Assembly (NCBI GenBank): GCA_020435415.1
Contig: JAGQZQ010000002.1
Coordinates: forward strand, 26,301-90,300
DNA length: 64,000 nucleotides
Source of the DNA: Flavobacteriales bacterium
GTDB lineage: Bacteria; Bacteroidota; Bacteroidia; JACJYZ01
Direction of reading: 5' to 3'
Part shown: positions 1 to 10,039 of the stretch, piece by piece
Position numbering within the stretch: position 1 is the stretch's first letter
Layout: the number at the start of each line of letters is the position of its first letter
The notes under the pieces: generated by a model
The model's database searches: none
Seen by the model: the letters and a program-made list of their open reading frames with translations, nothing else
What the model was told of the DNA's origin: nothing
Position numbers and translations under genes: made by a program

Positions 1-783
1 ATGCTCATCATCGCCGATGAGCTTGCGTTCCGGATCGGCAGACAACGTGGTTTTTCCCGTACCGGACAATCCGAAGAACACAGCAGTATCCCCTTTTTGT
101 CCGATGTTAGAAGAACAGTGCATCGCCAATACATTTTTTTGATGGGGCAATACAAAATTCAGAACAGAAAATATTCCTTTTTTGATCTCTCCGGTATACG
201 CCGTTCCACCGATCAGGATCACCTTTCTGGTGAAATTCAGGATGGCAAAATTCGGGTTCCGTGTGCCGTCCTTCTCCGGATCCGCATAAAACCCGGGGGC
301 GGCTACAACCGTCCATTCCGGATCAAACGTCATTAGCTCTTCTCTTTCAGGCCTCAGGAAGAGATTATGGGCAAAAAGATTTTGCCATGGAAATTCCGTC
401 AGCACCCGGATGTTGGTGCGATACTCTGGTTCTGCACAGGCATACGCATCTCGCACATAAACCTCTTTACCGGACAGGTAAGCCATGACCTTATCGTAAA
501 GCCGATCGAATTTCTCCGCATCATAAGGCTGATTGATATCACCCCACCAAACCGCTTCTTCGGTGATGGCATCCTTCACGATATACCGGTCTTTGGGACT
601 TCTCCCTGTAAATTCTCCGGTATCAATGACAAGGGCCCCTGTATCGGCCAGGAGCCCTTCACCCCTGATCAGGGTTTCTTCTACTAATTCTGCCGGACTC
701 AGGTTCCAGTAAGCTGCGGTTACGTGATGTAATCCAAGGTCTTTAACACTCGCGTCCGGAGCTTTAATTCCGTGTTCATTCAT
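1..783 (-). CDS. pckA: Phosphoenolpyruvate carboxykinase (ATP), N-terminal part. The gene continues beyond the window start.
   Basis: Manual minus-strand translation from ATG (revcomp of 781-783) gives MNEHGIKAPDASVKDLGLHHV...VIDTGEFTGRSPKDRYIV...GLSGTGKTTLS (kinase-1a P-loop), matching ATP-dependent PEPCK. There is no stop before position 1, which is why the ORF track lacks it. The plus-strand ORFs 1..336 and 367..687 are antisense artefacts. Confidence 0.85.
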   Translation of the reverse strand, partial: MNEHGIKAPDASVKDLGLHHVTAAYWNLSPAELVEETLIRGEGLLADTGALVIDTGEFTGRSPKDRYIVKDAITEEAVWWGDINQPYDAEKFDRLYDKVMAYLSGKEVYVRDAYACAEPEYRTNIRVLTEFPWQNLFAHNLFLRPEREELMTFDPEWTVVAAPGFYADPEKDGTRNPNFAILNFTRKVILIGGTAYTGEIKKGIFSVLNFVLPHQKNVLAMHCSSNIGQKGDTAVFFGLSGTGKTTLSADPERKLIGDDEH

Positions 784-988
784 GACTCTCGACTGTTGGT
801 TCTCGCTCTATTTTTTGGAAAGAAAGCACAAAAGTATACGAAAAATCCTTACAAACCGGCCTTTTCCGTGATCTTCTATTCACAATTGTGATACTTTTTT
901 TCACATTAATACAATATTCGTCATTGGAAATCAATAAGGGATAATACTGGCAAAGTCCTATCAATGTTACATTTAGAACAAATCTCTT

Positions 989-1390
989 TTAGGAAGTCCG
1001 ACGGACGCCCAAAACCAGGCATAACCAGCCCGTGATCAGCATCAGTCCACCCAACGGTGTCACCGGACCCAACCACATCAAACCTGCCAAGCCGGTAATC
1101 TCACGTGTACTCAACAAGTACAACGAACCGCTGAAACAAACAATGCCGGCCAAAAACGCCAGAAAGGAAATGCGTAACCATCGCTCGTTTATTTTATCTG
1201 AAAGTGCGGCCAATGCGAGTAAGGCCAGACTATGAAACATATGATACTGGGTTGCTGTCGTAAAGGCATGTCCGTGTGCTTCACTAACCATCGGAACAAT
1301 TTTATGAGCGCCCAGAGCGCCCAGGGCCACCGCTAGTGCTCCGGAAATTCCGGACCAAAGGATGATACGATTTTGCAAAAGTTTGGTCAT
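989..1390 (-). CDS. DUF423-family small integral membrane protein
   Basis: 133 aa with four hydrophobic segments and a GAHG/GAHK motif typical of DUF423 (YgdD-like). Confidence 0.55.
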   Translation of the reverse strand: MTKLLQNRIILWSGISGALAVALGALGAHKIVPMVSEAHGHAFTTATQYHMFHSLALLALAALSDKINERWLRISFLAFLAGIVCFSGSLYLLSTREITGLAGLMWLGPVTPLGGLMLITGWLCLVLGVRRTS

Positions 1391-1478
1391 GGTGCAAAGA
1401 TAGTAGATAGTAGTTAGTACGAGACGCGTTGAGATTAGAGGGAGGGTTTGATCCGGTGCACGTGGGGGATGTGTTATT

Positions 1479-1536
1479 TGGTGATGTGGTGAGGTGGTGA
1501 TTTGGTGATTTGGTGATTTAGTGATGTGGTGATTTG
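1479..1536. repeat. Tandem octamer array GGTGATTT x7 (with GGTGATGT/GGTGAGGT variants)
   Basis: Read directly. The same octamers occur in copies B and C of the composite element. Confidence 0.9.
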
Positions 1537-1753
1537 TCCCGTCGATGTTATGCAGAGAATATACAGTGCATACAAATCCCTCGCGTCTGGATAACAGGAT
1601 GTGAGGAATTCAATCATCACACCAGCCTGCACTGTCCTAAGCTTCGGCTGGCAGGTTTTCAAATTGATGAATTTTCAAATCGTCACATTAGCACATGATA
1701 GCATTCATCTCTTATTAATGCTACACGCCGGATCCTCTTATCAAGCCCGGCAA

Positions 1754-1799
<46 letters not shown>

Positions 1800-1860
1800 A
1801 CACCCTCTCCCCAACATTTATTAGCTTAGTCCCGGCAAAATCATTCCTTAGTTTATACAT

Positions 1861-3196
1861 CATGAAAAAAATTCTCGTGCTGGGCGCCGGCAAATCGGCT
1901 TCATCATTAATCAAATACCTGCTGGATAATGTTTCCGGAAACCAATGGCAGATTACCGTCGCTGATGTTTCGGAATCCATGGCCAGAAAAAAAACCGGTG
2001 ACCATGCTCACGCACAAGCAGTCGCACTGGATGTGACCAGTGAGGAAGAACGAACGAAAGCGATACATAAGCATGACATTGTCTTATCTCTCCTGCCTCC
2101 ACAATTACATGAACTTGCCGCCAAAACCGCGTTGGAAGTGGGTAGAAATCTGGTGACCGCCTCATACACCTCCACCAACATGCAGCAACTTGACAGTGAG
2201 GTGCGCAGGAAAGGGCTGATCTTTCTGAATGAGTGTGGACTTGATCCGGGCATCGACCACATGTCCGCCATGAAAGCCATTGACCATATCAAAGCGTCCG
2301 GCGGAGAACTGATTGCATTCCGATCATACACGGGAGGATTGGTGGCACCGGAATCCGCCGACAATCCATGGGCCTATAAATTTACATGGAACCCAAGGAA
2401 TGTTGTCATGGCCGGACAAGGAACTGCCAAATTCATTGAAGACGGAAAGTACCGCTATATACCATACAGCAGGCTATTCACGGATACCGTGCCTATCGAG
2501 GTGAAGGGCCACGGTCGCTTTGAAGGATATGCCAACCGTGATTCGCTTCTTTACCGAAAAGCATATGGGATTGAAAACATCCCTACGCTGATCAGAGGTA
2601 CGCTTAGGGTAGATGGCTTTTGCAAAGCCTGGGATGCGCTGATCAAATTAGGGTGGACCGATGATTCATGCATCATACATAATGACAACCTCACCTATAC
2701 GGATTTGCTGGAAGCTTATCTACCAAAGGGAAACGGTGATATCAAAGCAAGGGTCATGCAATTCCTAAACCCGGAAGAGGACCCCGGACTGACCGAACGG
2801 CTGGAATACCTGGGCCTCTTCGATCACATTCCCCTGAAAGGTGATCATAAAACCGCCGCTGTGTTCCTTCAGGAACTCCTTGAACAAAAGTGGGCTCTGG
2901 GAGAAAAGGATATCGACATGATCGTGATGCAGCACCAATTCACCTACATGCAAGAAGGAAACAAAAAACACCTTACTTCAAGTCTGGTGGTCAAAGGCGA
3001 TGATGCCACTTACACCGCCATGGCCAAGACCGTGGGTATTCCTATGGGCATTGCAGCAAAATTAATCTTACAGGATAAAATACAATCACGGGGTGTAATG
3101 ATACCTGTGAGCCAGGAAATTTACCAACCTGTTCTGGAAGAACTGGAATCTCTGGGTATCGGTTTTACAGAAGAAGAGGTCCCGGCGGAAGCTTAA
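1861..3196 (+). CDS. Saccharopine dehydrogenase family oxidoreductase (NAD(P)-binding)
   Basis: N-terminus MKKILVLGAGKSAS is a Rossmann GxGxxG motif, and GLDPGIDHM is conserved in saccharopine dehydrogenases. The ORF-track start at 1601 lies upstream in the repeat-laden intergenic region, so the internal ATG at 1861 is preferred. Confidence 0.8.
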
Positions 3197-3210
3197 CTTT
3201 CCAATGGAAA

Positions 3211-3765
3211 TTATTCGGCAGCGTTCCCGTTGCTGTCGTTGGAATCATATACCTCTTTGAGGCCTTCAGGGATAAACATGGTGATTGATCGTAGTTCGCG
3301 ATTGACGTTCGCTACCCACTCCCGATTCAATGGCACCAGACGCTCAGTTCCCTTGTCATCCAATTGCAGGACAGGCTGCCCCGGGCGCTCCATCACCTCC
3401 GTGACCGTTCCATAGGAAATACCGTGTGTATCTATCACTTCAAAACCGATCACTTCATAGAAGTAAAAGTCATTGCCAACTTTTTCGGGAAGGGTTTCCA
3501 GCGGCAGAAACACCGCTTTTCCGATAAGTGGTTCCACCTCGGACGACGTGGCTAGATCCTCAAAAGCCAGGATGGCTTCATGGTCGTTACGCAGATTAAC
3601 ACCTCGTAAAAAAAAAGGAAGTAGTCTACCATCTTGTTCGATGTACACTACTTCCTGATTTAAAATATATTCGGGATGATCTGCGTCCAGTTTAAGGAGA
3701 ACCTCTCCCTGGTAGCCGTGGCACTTCTTCACATAACCCAACACATAGCCTTCGTGCGGCTCCAT
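3211..3765 (-). CDS. rimM: 16S rRNA processing protein RimM
   Basis: About 180 aa, immediately downstream of rpsP (conserved rpsP-rimM synteny). The N-terminal GxVxKxHGxxGEV pattern fits a PRC-barrel-like RimM. Confidence 0.75.
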   Translation of the reverse strand: MEPHEGYVLGYVKKCHGYQGEVLLKLDADHPEYILNQEVVYIEQDGRLLPFFLRGVNLRNDHEAILAFEDLATSSEVEPLIGKAVFLPLETLPEKVGNDFYFYEVIGFEVIDTHGISYGTVTEVMERPGQPVLQLDDKGTERLVPLNREWVANVNRELRSITMFIPEGLKEVYDSNDSNGNAAE

Positions 3766-3776
3766 GGTGCGCAGAC

Positions 3777-4310
3777 TTATGCCTTCTCTTCAGCGCTATC
3801 TTCAGCCTTTGGGGCTTCCTCTGCAGGGGCAGCAGCCTCTGCTTCAGCGGCAGGTGCTTCGGGAGCGGCAGCTTCAGGAGCATTTGCTTCGGCTTCCTTC
3901 TTCTTAGCTTCTGCCTTGGCCTTGGCTTTTGCTTCTTTCCTGGACTGTTGCTTGTTTACTTTTTCCTCCGCACGCTTCTCTTTACCACTCACCCAGGCAC
4001 TGAATTTCTTCTCGGCATCCTCTGCCGTCAAAGCGCCCTTGGTCACACCCTGATCGAGATGCTTCTTCAACATCACACCTTCCTGTGACAGGAGTACGCG
4101 GCAGGTATCGGAGGGCTGTGCACCCTTCTTTACCCATTCCACGGCACTGTCGAAGTTCAAGGTCACAATGGCCTTCTCGTGATTGGGATCATAGCTGCCC
4201 AGTCTTTGGATGAAACGTCCGTTTCTGGGGGAACGACTATCGGTTACCACAATGTGGTAAAAAGGACGCTTCCGTCTTCCGTGTCGTTGTAATCTGATCT
4301 TTACTGACAT
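3777..4310 (-). CDS. rpsP: 30S ribosomal protein S16 with a long Ala/Lys/Glu-rich C-terminal extension
   Basis: [22 protein letters not shown] is the canonical S16 N-terminus, so the start is the internal Met at 4310 rather than the ORF-track start at 4382. The low-complexity [10 protein letters not shown] tail is ~95 aa. Confidence 0.9.
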   Translation of the reverse strand: MSVKIRLQRHGRRKRPFYHIVVTDSRSPRNGRFIQRLGSYDPNHEKAIVTLNFDSAVEWVKKGAQPSDTCRVLLSQEGVMLKKHLDQGVTKGALTAEDAEKKFSAWVSGKEKRAEEKVNKQQSRKEAKAKAKAEAKKKEAEANAPEAAAPEAPAAEAEAAAPAEEAPKAEDSAEEKA

Positions 4311-4491
4311 AAGTTCGATTCTGTTTGCTAAAAACAATAGCCCTGAAAGGGGGTGCAAAGATGCAACAAATACCAAAAACAAGCAAACAATTGCGAAACT
4401 TTAGATTTTGAGCGGGAAACACCGGCCATTACGGGACCACGACACTTTTCAATACTTTTCAACACCGGCGCGTGCCCACCCTCTTGATTTG

Positions 4492-4499
4492 TAACTTTG
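4492..4499 (+). promoter_or_regulatory. Bacteroidetes sigmaA -7 motif TAacTTTG upstream of dnaE, with a TTG about 20 bp further upstream
   Basis: TAnnTTTG consensus lies 43 bp before the dnaE ATG. The same motif at a similar spacing precedes trxA and cspA. Confidence 0.4.
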
Positions 4500-4541
4500 T
4501 TAGCCCGTACAAGTCGTCTTCCGAACCAATAATTATCGCAT

Positions 4542-7500
4542 ATGCCTACCTTTTCCCATCTGCACGTTCACACCCAGTTTTCCCTGCTTGATGGCGCTTC
4601 CGACATCTCAAAGTTAATGGAAAAGGCAAAAGCAGACGGCATGCCCGCCGTGGCCCTGACCGACCATGGCAATATGTTTGGAGCATTCAAATTCGTGGCA
4701 GAAGCCAACAAAGCAGGGGTCAAACCCATTGTCGGCTGCGAATTTTATGTGGTGGAAGACCGATTCAGAAAGACATTCACGAAGGAAAACAGAGATCATC
4801 GTTATCACCAGCTATTGCTGGCAAAGAATGAAGATGGATACCGCAACTTGTCTAAGTTATGCTCCCTCGGATACATTGACGGCCTTTACAGCAAATGGCC
4901 CCGGATAGATAAGGAAATTCTGCTTCAATATAAAGATGGCCTGATCGCCACCACTTGTTGTATTGGCGCGGAAGTTCCACAAGCCATCATACACAAGGGG
5001 GAAGAGGAAGCGGAGAAAATATTCCGCTCCTGGCTGGATATTTTCGGGGAAGACTACTACATCGAATTACAACGGCACCACATCAACAATATAGATAATA
5101 CCGGTGTCAGCCAGGAAGACATCAACCAGCTCCTACTTAAATGGGCGGCAAAGTATAATGTTAAAACCATCGCCACCAACGATTCACATTACACAGACCA
5201 GGTGGATGCGGAAGCCCACGACATCCTGTTGTGTGTCAATACGGGAGAATTAAAAAGCAAGCCGGTGGGTGACGGTCAGGGTTTCCGTTTCGGCTTTCCA
5301 AACAATGAGTTCTTTTTCAAGAGCCAGGCGGAGATGGCAAAATTGTTCAGCGACCTACCGGAAGCACTGGACAACACCAATGAGATCGTGGATAAGATCA
5401 CTCCGCCTCAATTAAAAAGAGATATCCTCCTACCGAATTTCATACTCCCCGAAGGATTTCAAACTGAAGATGACTACCTGAAACACCTGACCTTTGAGGG
5501 TGCAAAAAAACGTTACCATGAGGTAACTGCAGAGACTGAGGAACGCCTGAACCATGAGCTGAATATCATTAAGACGATGGGCTTTGCCGGATACTTCCTC
5601 ATCGTTCAGGATTTCATCGCAGCAGGCCGGAATCTGGGTGTCTCCGTCGGGCCCGGACGCGGATCCGCTGCGGGATCTGCCGTGGCATTCTGCATAGGCA
5701 TCACCAACATTGACCCCATCAAATATGACCTGCTGTTCGAACGCTTCCTCAACCCGGAACGTGTCTCCATGCCTGATATCGACATCGATTTTGATGATGA
5801 AGGCAGACAAAAGGTCATTGACTATGTCGTGGATAAATACGGCCGGCAACAGGTAGCTCAGATCATCACCTTTGGAACCATGGCCGCAAAATCATCCATC
5901 CGTGACGTGGCACGTGTTATGGACTTTCCTTTGGCAGATTCGGACCGGCTTGCCAAACTGATACCTGAAACACCAGGCATCAGTCTGAAAAGGGCATTTG
6001 ATGAAGTACCCGAGTTAAAAGACGCCCGGAAAAAAGATGATAGCCAGGGAGCTGTTCTGAAATTAGCCGAACAACTGGAAGGATCTGTTCGCAACAGCGG
6101 AATCCACGCCGCCGGAATTATCATTGCCCCGGACGATATCACCAAGTACATTCCGGTGTGTACCTCAAAAGATACCGATCTTTGGGTCACCCAATTCGAT
6201 GGCAAATACATCGAAGATGCCGGCATGCTGAAGATGGACTTCCTGGGCCTCAAAACCCTGACCATCATTAAGGATGCCATAGATATTATCCGATTAAGGC
6301 ATCAGATCCACATCGATCCGGATGAGATCCCACTGGATGATCTTAAAACATTTGAATTATACCAGAAGGGTGATACCATCGGAACTTTCCAGTTCGAATC
6401 GGAAGGTATGCGTACCTACCTCCGTGACCTGAAGCCCACGAACATTGAGGACCTTATCGCCATGAACGCATTGTACCGGCCGGGTCCCATGGATTTCATC
6501 CCTCAATATATTTCCCGGAAGCACGGAAAAGAAAAGGTAGAATATCCTCATGAGTTGCTGGAAGGCATCCTGAAAAACACTTTCGGCATCATGGTTTACC
6601 AGGAGCAGATCATGCAAGCAGCCCAGATCATGGCTGGCTTCTCGCTCGGCGCTGCGGATCTTCTTCGAAGGGCCATGGGAAAGAAGAAGCACGATGTGAT
6701 GGAACAGCAAAAAGCTGTATTCGTTGAAGGAGCCGGGCAAAAAGGAATCGACGCAAAGAAAGCTGCGGATGTTTTCGACGTGATGGCCAAGTTCGCATCA
6801 TATGGTTTCAACCGTTCACACTCCGCCGCATATTCCGTGGTGGCCTATCAGACCGCATACCTCAAAGCCAATTACCCCGCCGAGTACATGGCCGCCGTGC
6901 TTACCAATAATATGAATGACATCAAGAAGATCAATTTCTTCATGGATGAATGCAAGCGGCAGAACATTCCCGTGCTGGGTCCTGATGTGAATGAAAGTTC
7001 ACTCAAATTCACCGTGAACCCGGAAGGCGCCATCCGGTTTGGACTCGGCGCTGTGAAAGGCGTTGGTGAGGGCGCCGTACATGCCCTCATCGGGGAGCGC
7101 CAGGAAGAAGGTCACTATAGGAATATCTTTGACCTTGTTCGCCGGGTAAACCTCCGTGCCGCCAATAAAAAGTGCCTCGAAAGTCTGGCACAAGCAGGTG
7201 CATTCGATAGTTTCGAAGGTAGCCACCGTGCACAGTACTTCTATCAGGAAGCCAATGAGGGACCCATATTCCTGGAAAAGGTGATCCGTTTTGGAAGCAC
7301 CTATCAGGAAGCCAAAACAAGTTCACAGACCTCCCTTTTCGGTGATGACGAATCGTTGATCCAGATCCCGGAGCCTTCCCTGCCCGATTGCGATACCTGG
7401 GGGAAGCTCGACAGGCTGCAAAAGGAAAAAGAAGTAACCGGCATTTATCTGTCGGGACATCCTTTGGACGACTACAAACTGGAAATGGACAGCTTCTGTA

Positions 7501-8048
7501 CCTCCGGGGTGGAATCTCTCAAAGACCTCGATGCGCTCAAGAACAAAAGCATAAGTGTGGCAGGTGTGATCATCTCTGCCCGGCACCGGACCACCAAAAA
7601 TGGCGTGCCCTTCGGCAGTTTTGTACTTGAGGATTTTTCGGATTCCATAACCTTAAACCTTTTCCAGGAAAGCTATATGAAGTTCAAGCATTTCCTGGAA
7701 ACCGGCACATTCGTATTTATCAAAGGCAAGGTACAACCGCGGTTCCGAAACAGCGATAGCATGGAATTCTCCGTAACAGATATTCAGTTGCTTTCGGAGG
7801 TAAGGGAAAAGCTGGCCAAAACGATCGAGTTTAATCTGACACTTGGAGATATCTCTGATGAATGGGTGGAAAAGTTCACACAACTGGTAGATAAACATCC
7901 GGGCCCCTGCCGCATCAGGTTTAATATTACAGATCCATCGGAAAAATGGAAGATTTCCATGCCCTCCAAGAAAAAAAGCGTAAGCCTGAGCAAGGAGTTT
8001 ATCGACTCACTGCAAGCCATGCAGGATCTGGAGTTTCAATTGAATTGA
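4542..8048 (+). CDS. dnaE: DNA polymerase III alpha subunit
   Basis: 1168 aa with N-terminal PHP domain (HLHVHTQFSLLDGA), polymerase core and a C-terminal OB fold. Length and motifs are typical of DnaE. Confidence 0.95.
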   Translation: MPTFSHLHVHTQFSLLDGASDISKLMEKAKADGMPAVALTDHGNMFGAFKFVAEANKAGVKPIVGCEFYVVEDRFRKTFTKENRDHRYHQLLLAKNEDGYRNLSKLCSLGYIDGLYSKWPRIDKEILLQYKDGLIATTCCIGAEVPQAIIHKGEEEAEKIFRSWLDIFGEDYYIELQRHHINNIDNTGVSQEDINQLLLKWAAKYNVKTIATNDSHYTDQVDAEAHDILLCVNTGELKSKPVGDGQGFRFGFPNNEFFFKSQAEMAKLFSDLPEALDNTNEIVDKITPPQLKRDILLPNFILPEGFQTEDDYLKHLTFEGAKKRYHEVTAETEERLNHELNIIKTMGFAGYFLIVQDFIAAGRNLGVSVGPGRGSAAGSAVAFCIGITNIDPIKYDLLFERFLNPERVSMPDIDIDFDDEGRQKVIDYVVDKYGRQQVAQIITFGTMAAKSSIRDVARVMDFPLADSDRLAKLIPETPGISLKRAFDEVPELKDARKKDDSQGAVLKLAEQLEGSVRNSGIHAAGIIIAPDDITKYIPVCTSKDTDLWVTQFDGKYIEDAGMLKMDFLGLKTLTIIKDAIDIIRLRHQIHIDPDEIPLDDLKTFELYQKGDTIGTFQFESEGMRTYLRDLKPTNIEDLIAMNALYRPGPMDFIPQYISRKHGKEKVEYPHELLEGILKNTFGIMVYQEQIMQAAQIMAGFSLGAADLLRRAMGKKKHDVMEQQKAVFVEGAGQKGIDAKKAADVFDVMAKFASYGFNRSHSAAYSVVAYQTAYLKANYPAEYMAAVLTNNMNDIKKINFFMDECKRQNIPVLGPDVNESSLKFTVNPEGAIRFGLGAVKGVGEGAVHALIGERQEEGHYRNIFDLVRRVNLRAANKKCLESLAQAGAFDSFEGSHRAQYFYQEANEGPIFLEKVIRFGSTYQEAKTSSQTSLFGDDESLIQIPEPSLPDCDTWGKLDRLQKEKEVTGIYLSGHPLDDYKLEMDSFCTSGVESLKDLDALKNKSISVAGVIISARHRTTKNGVPFGSFVLEDFSDSITLNLFQESYMKFKHFLETGTFVFIKGKVQPRFRNSDSMEFSVTDIQLLSEVREKLAKTIEFNLTLGDISDEWVEKFTQLVDKHPGPCRIRFNITDPSEKWKISMPSKKKSVSLSKEFIDSLQAMQDLEFQLN

Positions 8049-8158
8049 TGACATTAACAGCATACAACACCCGGAACATGAATGTAAAAGCGTCGGGTTA
8101 ATTTCATAATAAATGTCAAAATGTCACAGAATATACCATGGCAATGTTTTTGACTACG

Positions 8159-8166
8159 TATCTTTG
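8159..8166 (+). promoter_or_regulatory. TAtcTTTG -7 promoter motif for trxA
   Basis: Exact TAnnTTTG 36 bp upstream of the trxA ATG. Confidence 0.4.
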
Positions 8167-8201
8167 TAAATAGAATTACTAACCTTTAAATTCAAGCAAC
8201 A

Positions 8202-8519
8202 ATGGCTTTAGAGATCACAGATTCAAACTTCCAGGAGGTGGTATTAAATTCGGACAAGCCTGTGCTGGTGGATTTTTGGGCAGAATGGTGCGGACCTTGC
8301 CGGATGGTAGGCCCGATCGTGGAAGAGCTGTCCAAAGATTATGACGGCAAGGCTGTGGTCGGCAAAATGAATGTGGACGACAACCCCGAAATTCCAATGA
8401 AATACGGGATCCGAAATATCCCAACCCTTCTCGTTTTCAAAAACGGAGAGATGGTTGACAAGCAGGTAGGCGCTGCACCCAAGTCCGTACTATCCGGAAA
8501 ACTGGAAGCACAGATGTAA
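8202..8519 (+). CDS. trxA: Thioredoxin
   Basis: 105 aa with a WCGPC active site. Confidence 0.95.
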   Translation: MALEITDSNFQEVVLNSDKPVLVDFWAEWCGPCRMVGPIVEELSKDYDGKAVVGKMNVDDNPEIPMKYGIRNIPTLLVFKNGEMVDKQVGAAPKSVLSGKLEAQM

Positions 8520-8546
8520 GGCAACATGCCACTGGTAACACCTAAA

Positions 8547-8581
8547 CGGCAGGCAGATCGAAAGATCCCTGCCGTTTTTTT
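8547..8581 (+). terminator. Rho-independent terminator of trxA
   Basis: Hairpin cggcagg...cctgccg followed by TTTTTTT. Confidence 0.75.
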
Positions 8582-8596
8582 CATACCTTCACTACC

Positions 8597-9541
8597 ATGA
8601 GTAATCACGGGCAAATAGACCTTCAAAGTCTGACGCATTTTGACAACCTGGAGCTGGTGGCCCGCCAGGTGGTGGAAGGCTTTATCACCGGGCTTCACAA
8701 AAGTCCGTTCCATGGATTTTCCGTTGAGTTCGCCGAACACCGACTTTACAACAAGGGAGAATCAACCCGGGACCTAGACTGGAAATTATTCGGGCGAACA
8801 GAAAAGTTGTTCGTGAAACGGTATGAAGAAGAAACGAATCTCCGCTGCCAGATCGTAATTGACAATTCTTCATCCATGTATTTCCCCTATGATGAATTCA
8901 ATGAATCCGGCCAGCCCTTCAATAAAATGGTGTTCTCGGTATATGCTGCGGCCGCGCTCATCCAGCTGTTTCGCAAGCAACGGGATGCGGTAGGCCTGAG
9001 CCTGTTTTCTGAACAACTGGAAATGAATACCGAAGCCCGTTCAAGCTCCCTGCATACCAAACGGTTGTTTCATGAACTGGAGAAATTGCTTGTTCCGGCA
9101 GACCGGAATGACCGAAAACCAACAGCTGCCAGCGGCGTATTGCATGAGATCGCTGAGAAGCTACATAAGCGTTCACTGGTCATCATCTTCAGCGACATGA
9201 TGGAGTCTTCAGGTGACCCTGAGGCCGTATTCTCTGCACTTCAACACCTGCGCCATAATAAGCACGAAGTTCTCCTTTTTCATGTGACAGATAAAAAACG
9301 GGAAGTGGATTTCGACTATGACAACCGCCCATACCGATTCATTGACGTTGAAAGCGGCGAGGAATTGAAACTGCACCCCAAGGAAGTCAGGGAGCAATAC
9401 AGAGAGCAGGTGGGTAAGTTTTTCAAGGAACTCAAAATACGATGCGGCCAGTACCAGATTGATTTCATTGATGCGGATATCCGGGAAGGGTTCCGGCAGG
9501 TGCTTCTACCCTACCTTCTAAAACGGCAAAAGCTATATTGA
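8597..9541 (+). CDS. DUF58 domain protein (vWA-like, MoxR/Bat-associated family)
   Basis: 314 aa. The N-terminal region fits DUF58 and an IIFSDMME segment looks like a degenerate vWA/MIDAS. No partner ATPase is present in the window. Confidence 0.6.
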   Translation: MSNHGQIDLQSLTHFDNLELVARQVVEGFITGLHKSPFHGFSVEFAEHRLYNKGESTRDLDWKLFGRTEKLFVKRYEEETNLRCQIVIDNSSSMYFPYDEFNESGQPFNKMVFSVYAAAALIQLFRKQRDAVGLSLFSEQLEMNTEARSSSLHTKRLFHELEKLLVPADRNDRKPTAASGVLHEIAEKLHKRSLVIIFSDMMESSGDPEAVFSALQHLRHNKHEVLLFHVTDKKREVDFDYDNRPYRFIDVESGEELKLHPKEVREQYREQVGKFFKELKIRCGQYQIDFIDADIREGFRQVLLPYLLKRQKLY

Positions 9542-9571
9542 ACGATATGTTAACTTTGTTCAATCAAAGCG

Positions 9572-10027
9572 ATGCCGAAAAAAAAGGACAAACGAACGAT
9601 CGGAAGGAAAGACAAGATTGACCTTCCGGACCTGGACCTGATCGACCTGGATGCCAAAGTAGATACAGGCGCCTACACCTCCGCTTTACATTGTCATAAC
9701 TTCTCTACCAAAAAGGTAAAAGGCAAGGAGTGGGTTTGCTTTCAGCTCCTCGACCCCGAACACCCATTGTACAACGAACAGACTTACAGTCTTCCGGTAC
9801 ACACACGCCGGACCATCAAGAATTCCTTCGGATCAAGTGAAGAACGCTTCACAATCCTGACCACCATTGTGATCTTCGGAAAAAAACGCCCTATTGAAAT
9901 GTCACTTTCCAACCGCAGTGACCTCAGGCATCCGGTACTTCTCGGCAGAAAATTTCTGAGGAGCAAGTTTGTAGTCGATGTCAATAAGTTCAATCTTTCA
10001 TACCGGTTAAAACAGAAGCCTGACTAA
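9572..10027 (+). CDS. Retropepsin-like aspartic protease domain protein (DUF785, the 'putative ATP-dependent zinc protease' family associated with RimK)
   Basis: 151 aa with D(T/S)GA-like DTGAYTSAL motif. The family usually clusters with rimK and an AstE/AspA-family gene. Confidence 0.55.
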   Translation: MPKKKDKRTIGRKDKIDLPDLDLIDLDAKVDTGAYTSALHCHNFSTKKVKGKEWVCFQLLDPEHPLYNEQTYSLPVHTRRTIKNSFGSSEERFTILTTIVIFGKKRPIEMSLSNRSDLRHPVLLGRKFLRSKFVVDVNKFNLSYRLKQKPD

Positions 10028-10039
10028 GGTCCTCCATCC

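Noticed and set aside
1-687. Plus-strand ORFs 1..336 and 367..687
   Set aside because: They are antisense to a clear minus-strand pckA reading frame (P-loop GLSGTGKTTLS, FTGRSPKDRYIV). pckA itself is missing from the ORF track only because it runs off the window.
3676-4053. Ala-rich 125-aa plus-strand ORF
   Set aside because: Mirror image of the low-complexity C-terminal extension of rpsP on the minus strand. There is no start context and no independent motifs.
4614-8020. Numerous 60-140-aa minus-strand ORFs inside dnaE. Similar ones lie inside the 15791-18847 protein, the HYR protein and the giant T9SS protein.
   Set aside because: They are antisense or shadow ORFs within long, well-supported genes. 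The ones in the repeat regions are mirrored duplicates caused by DNA tandem repeats.
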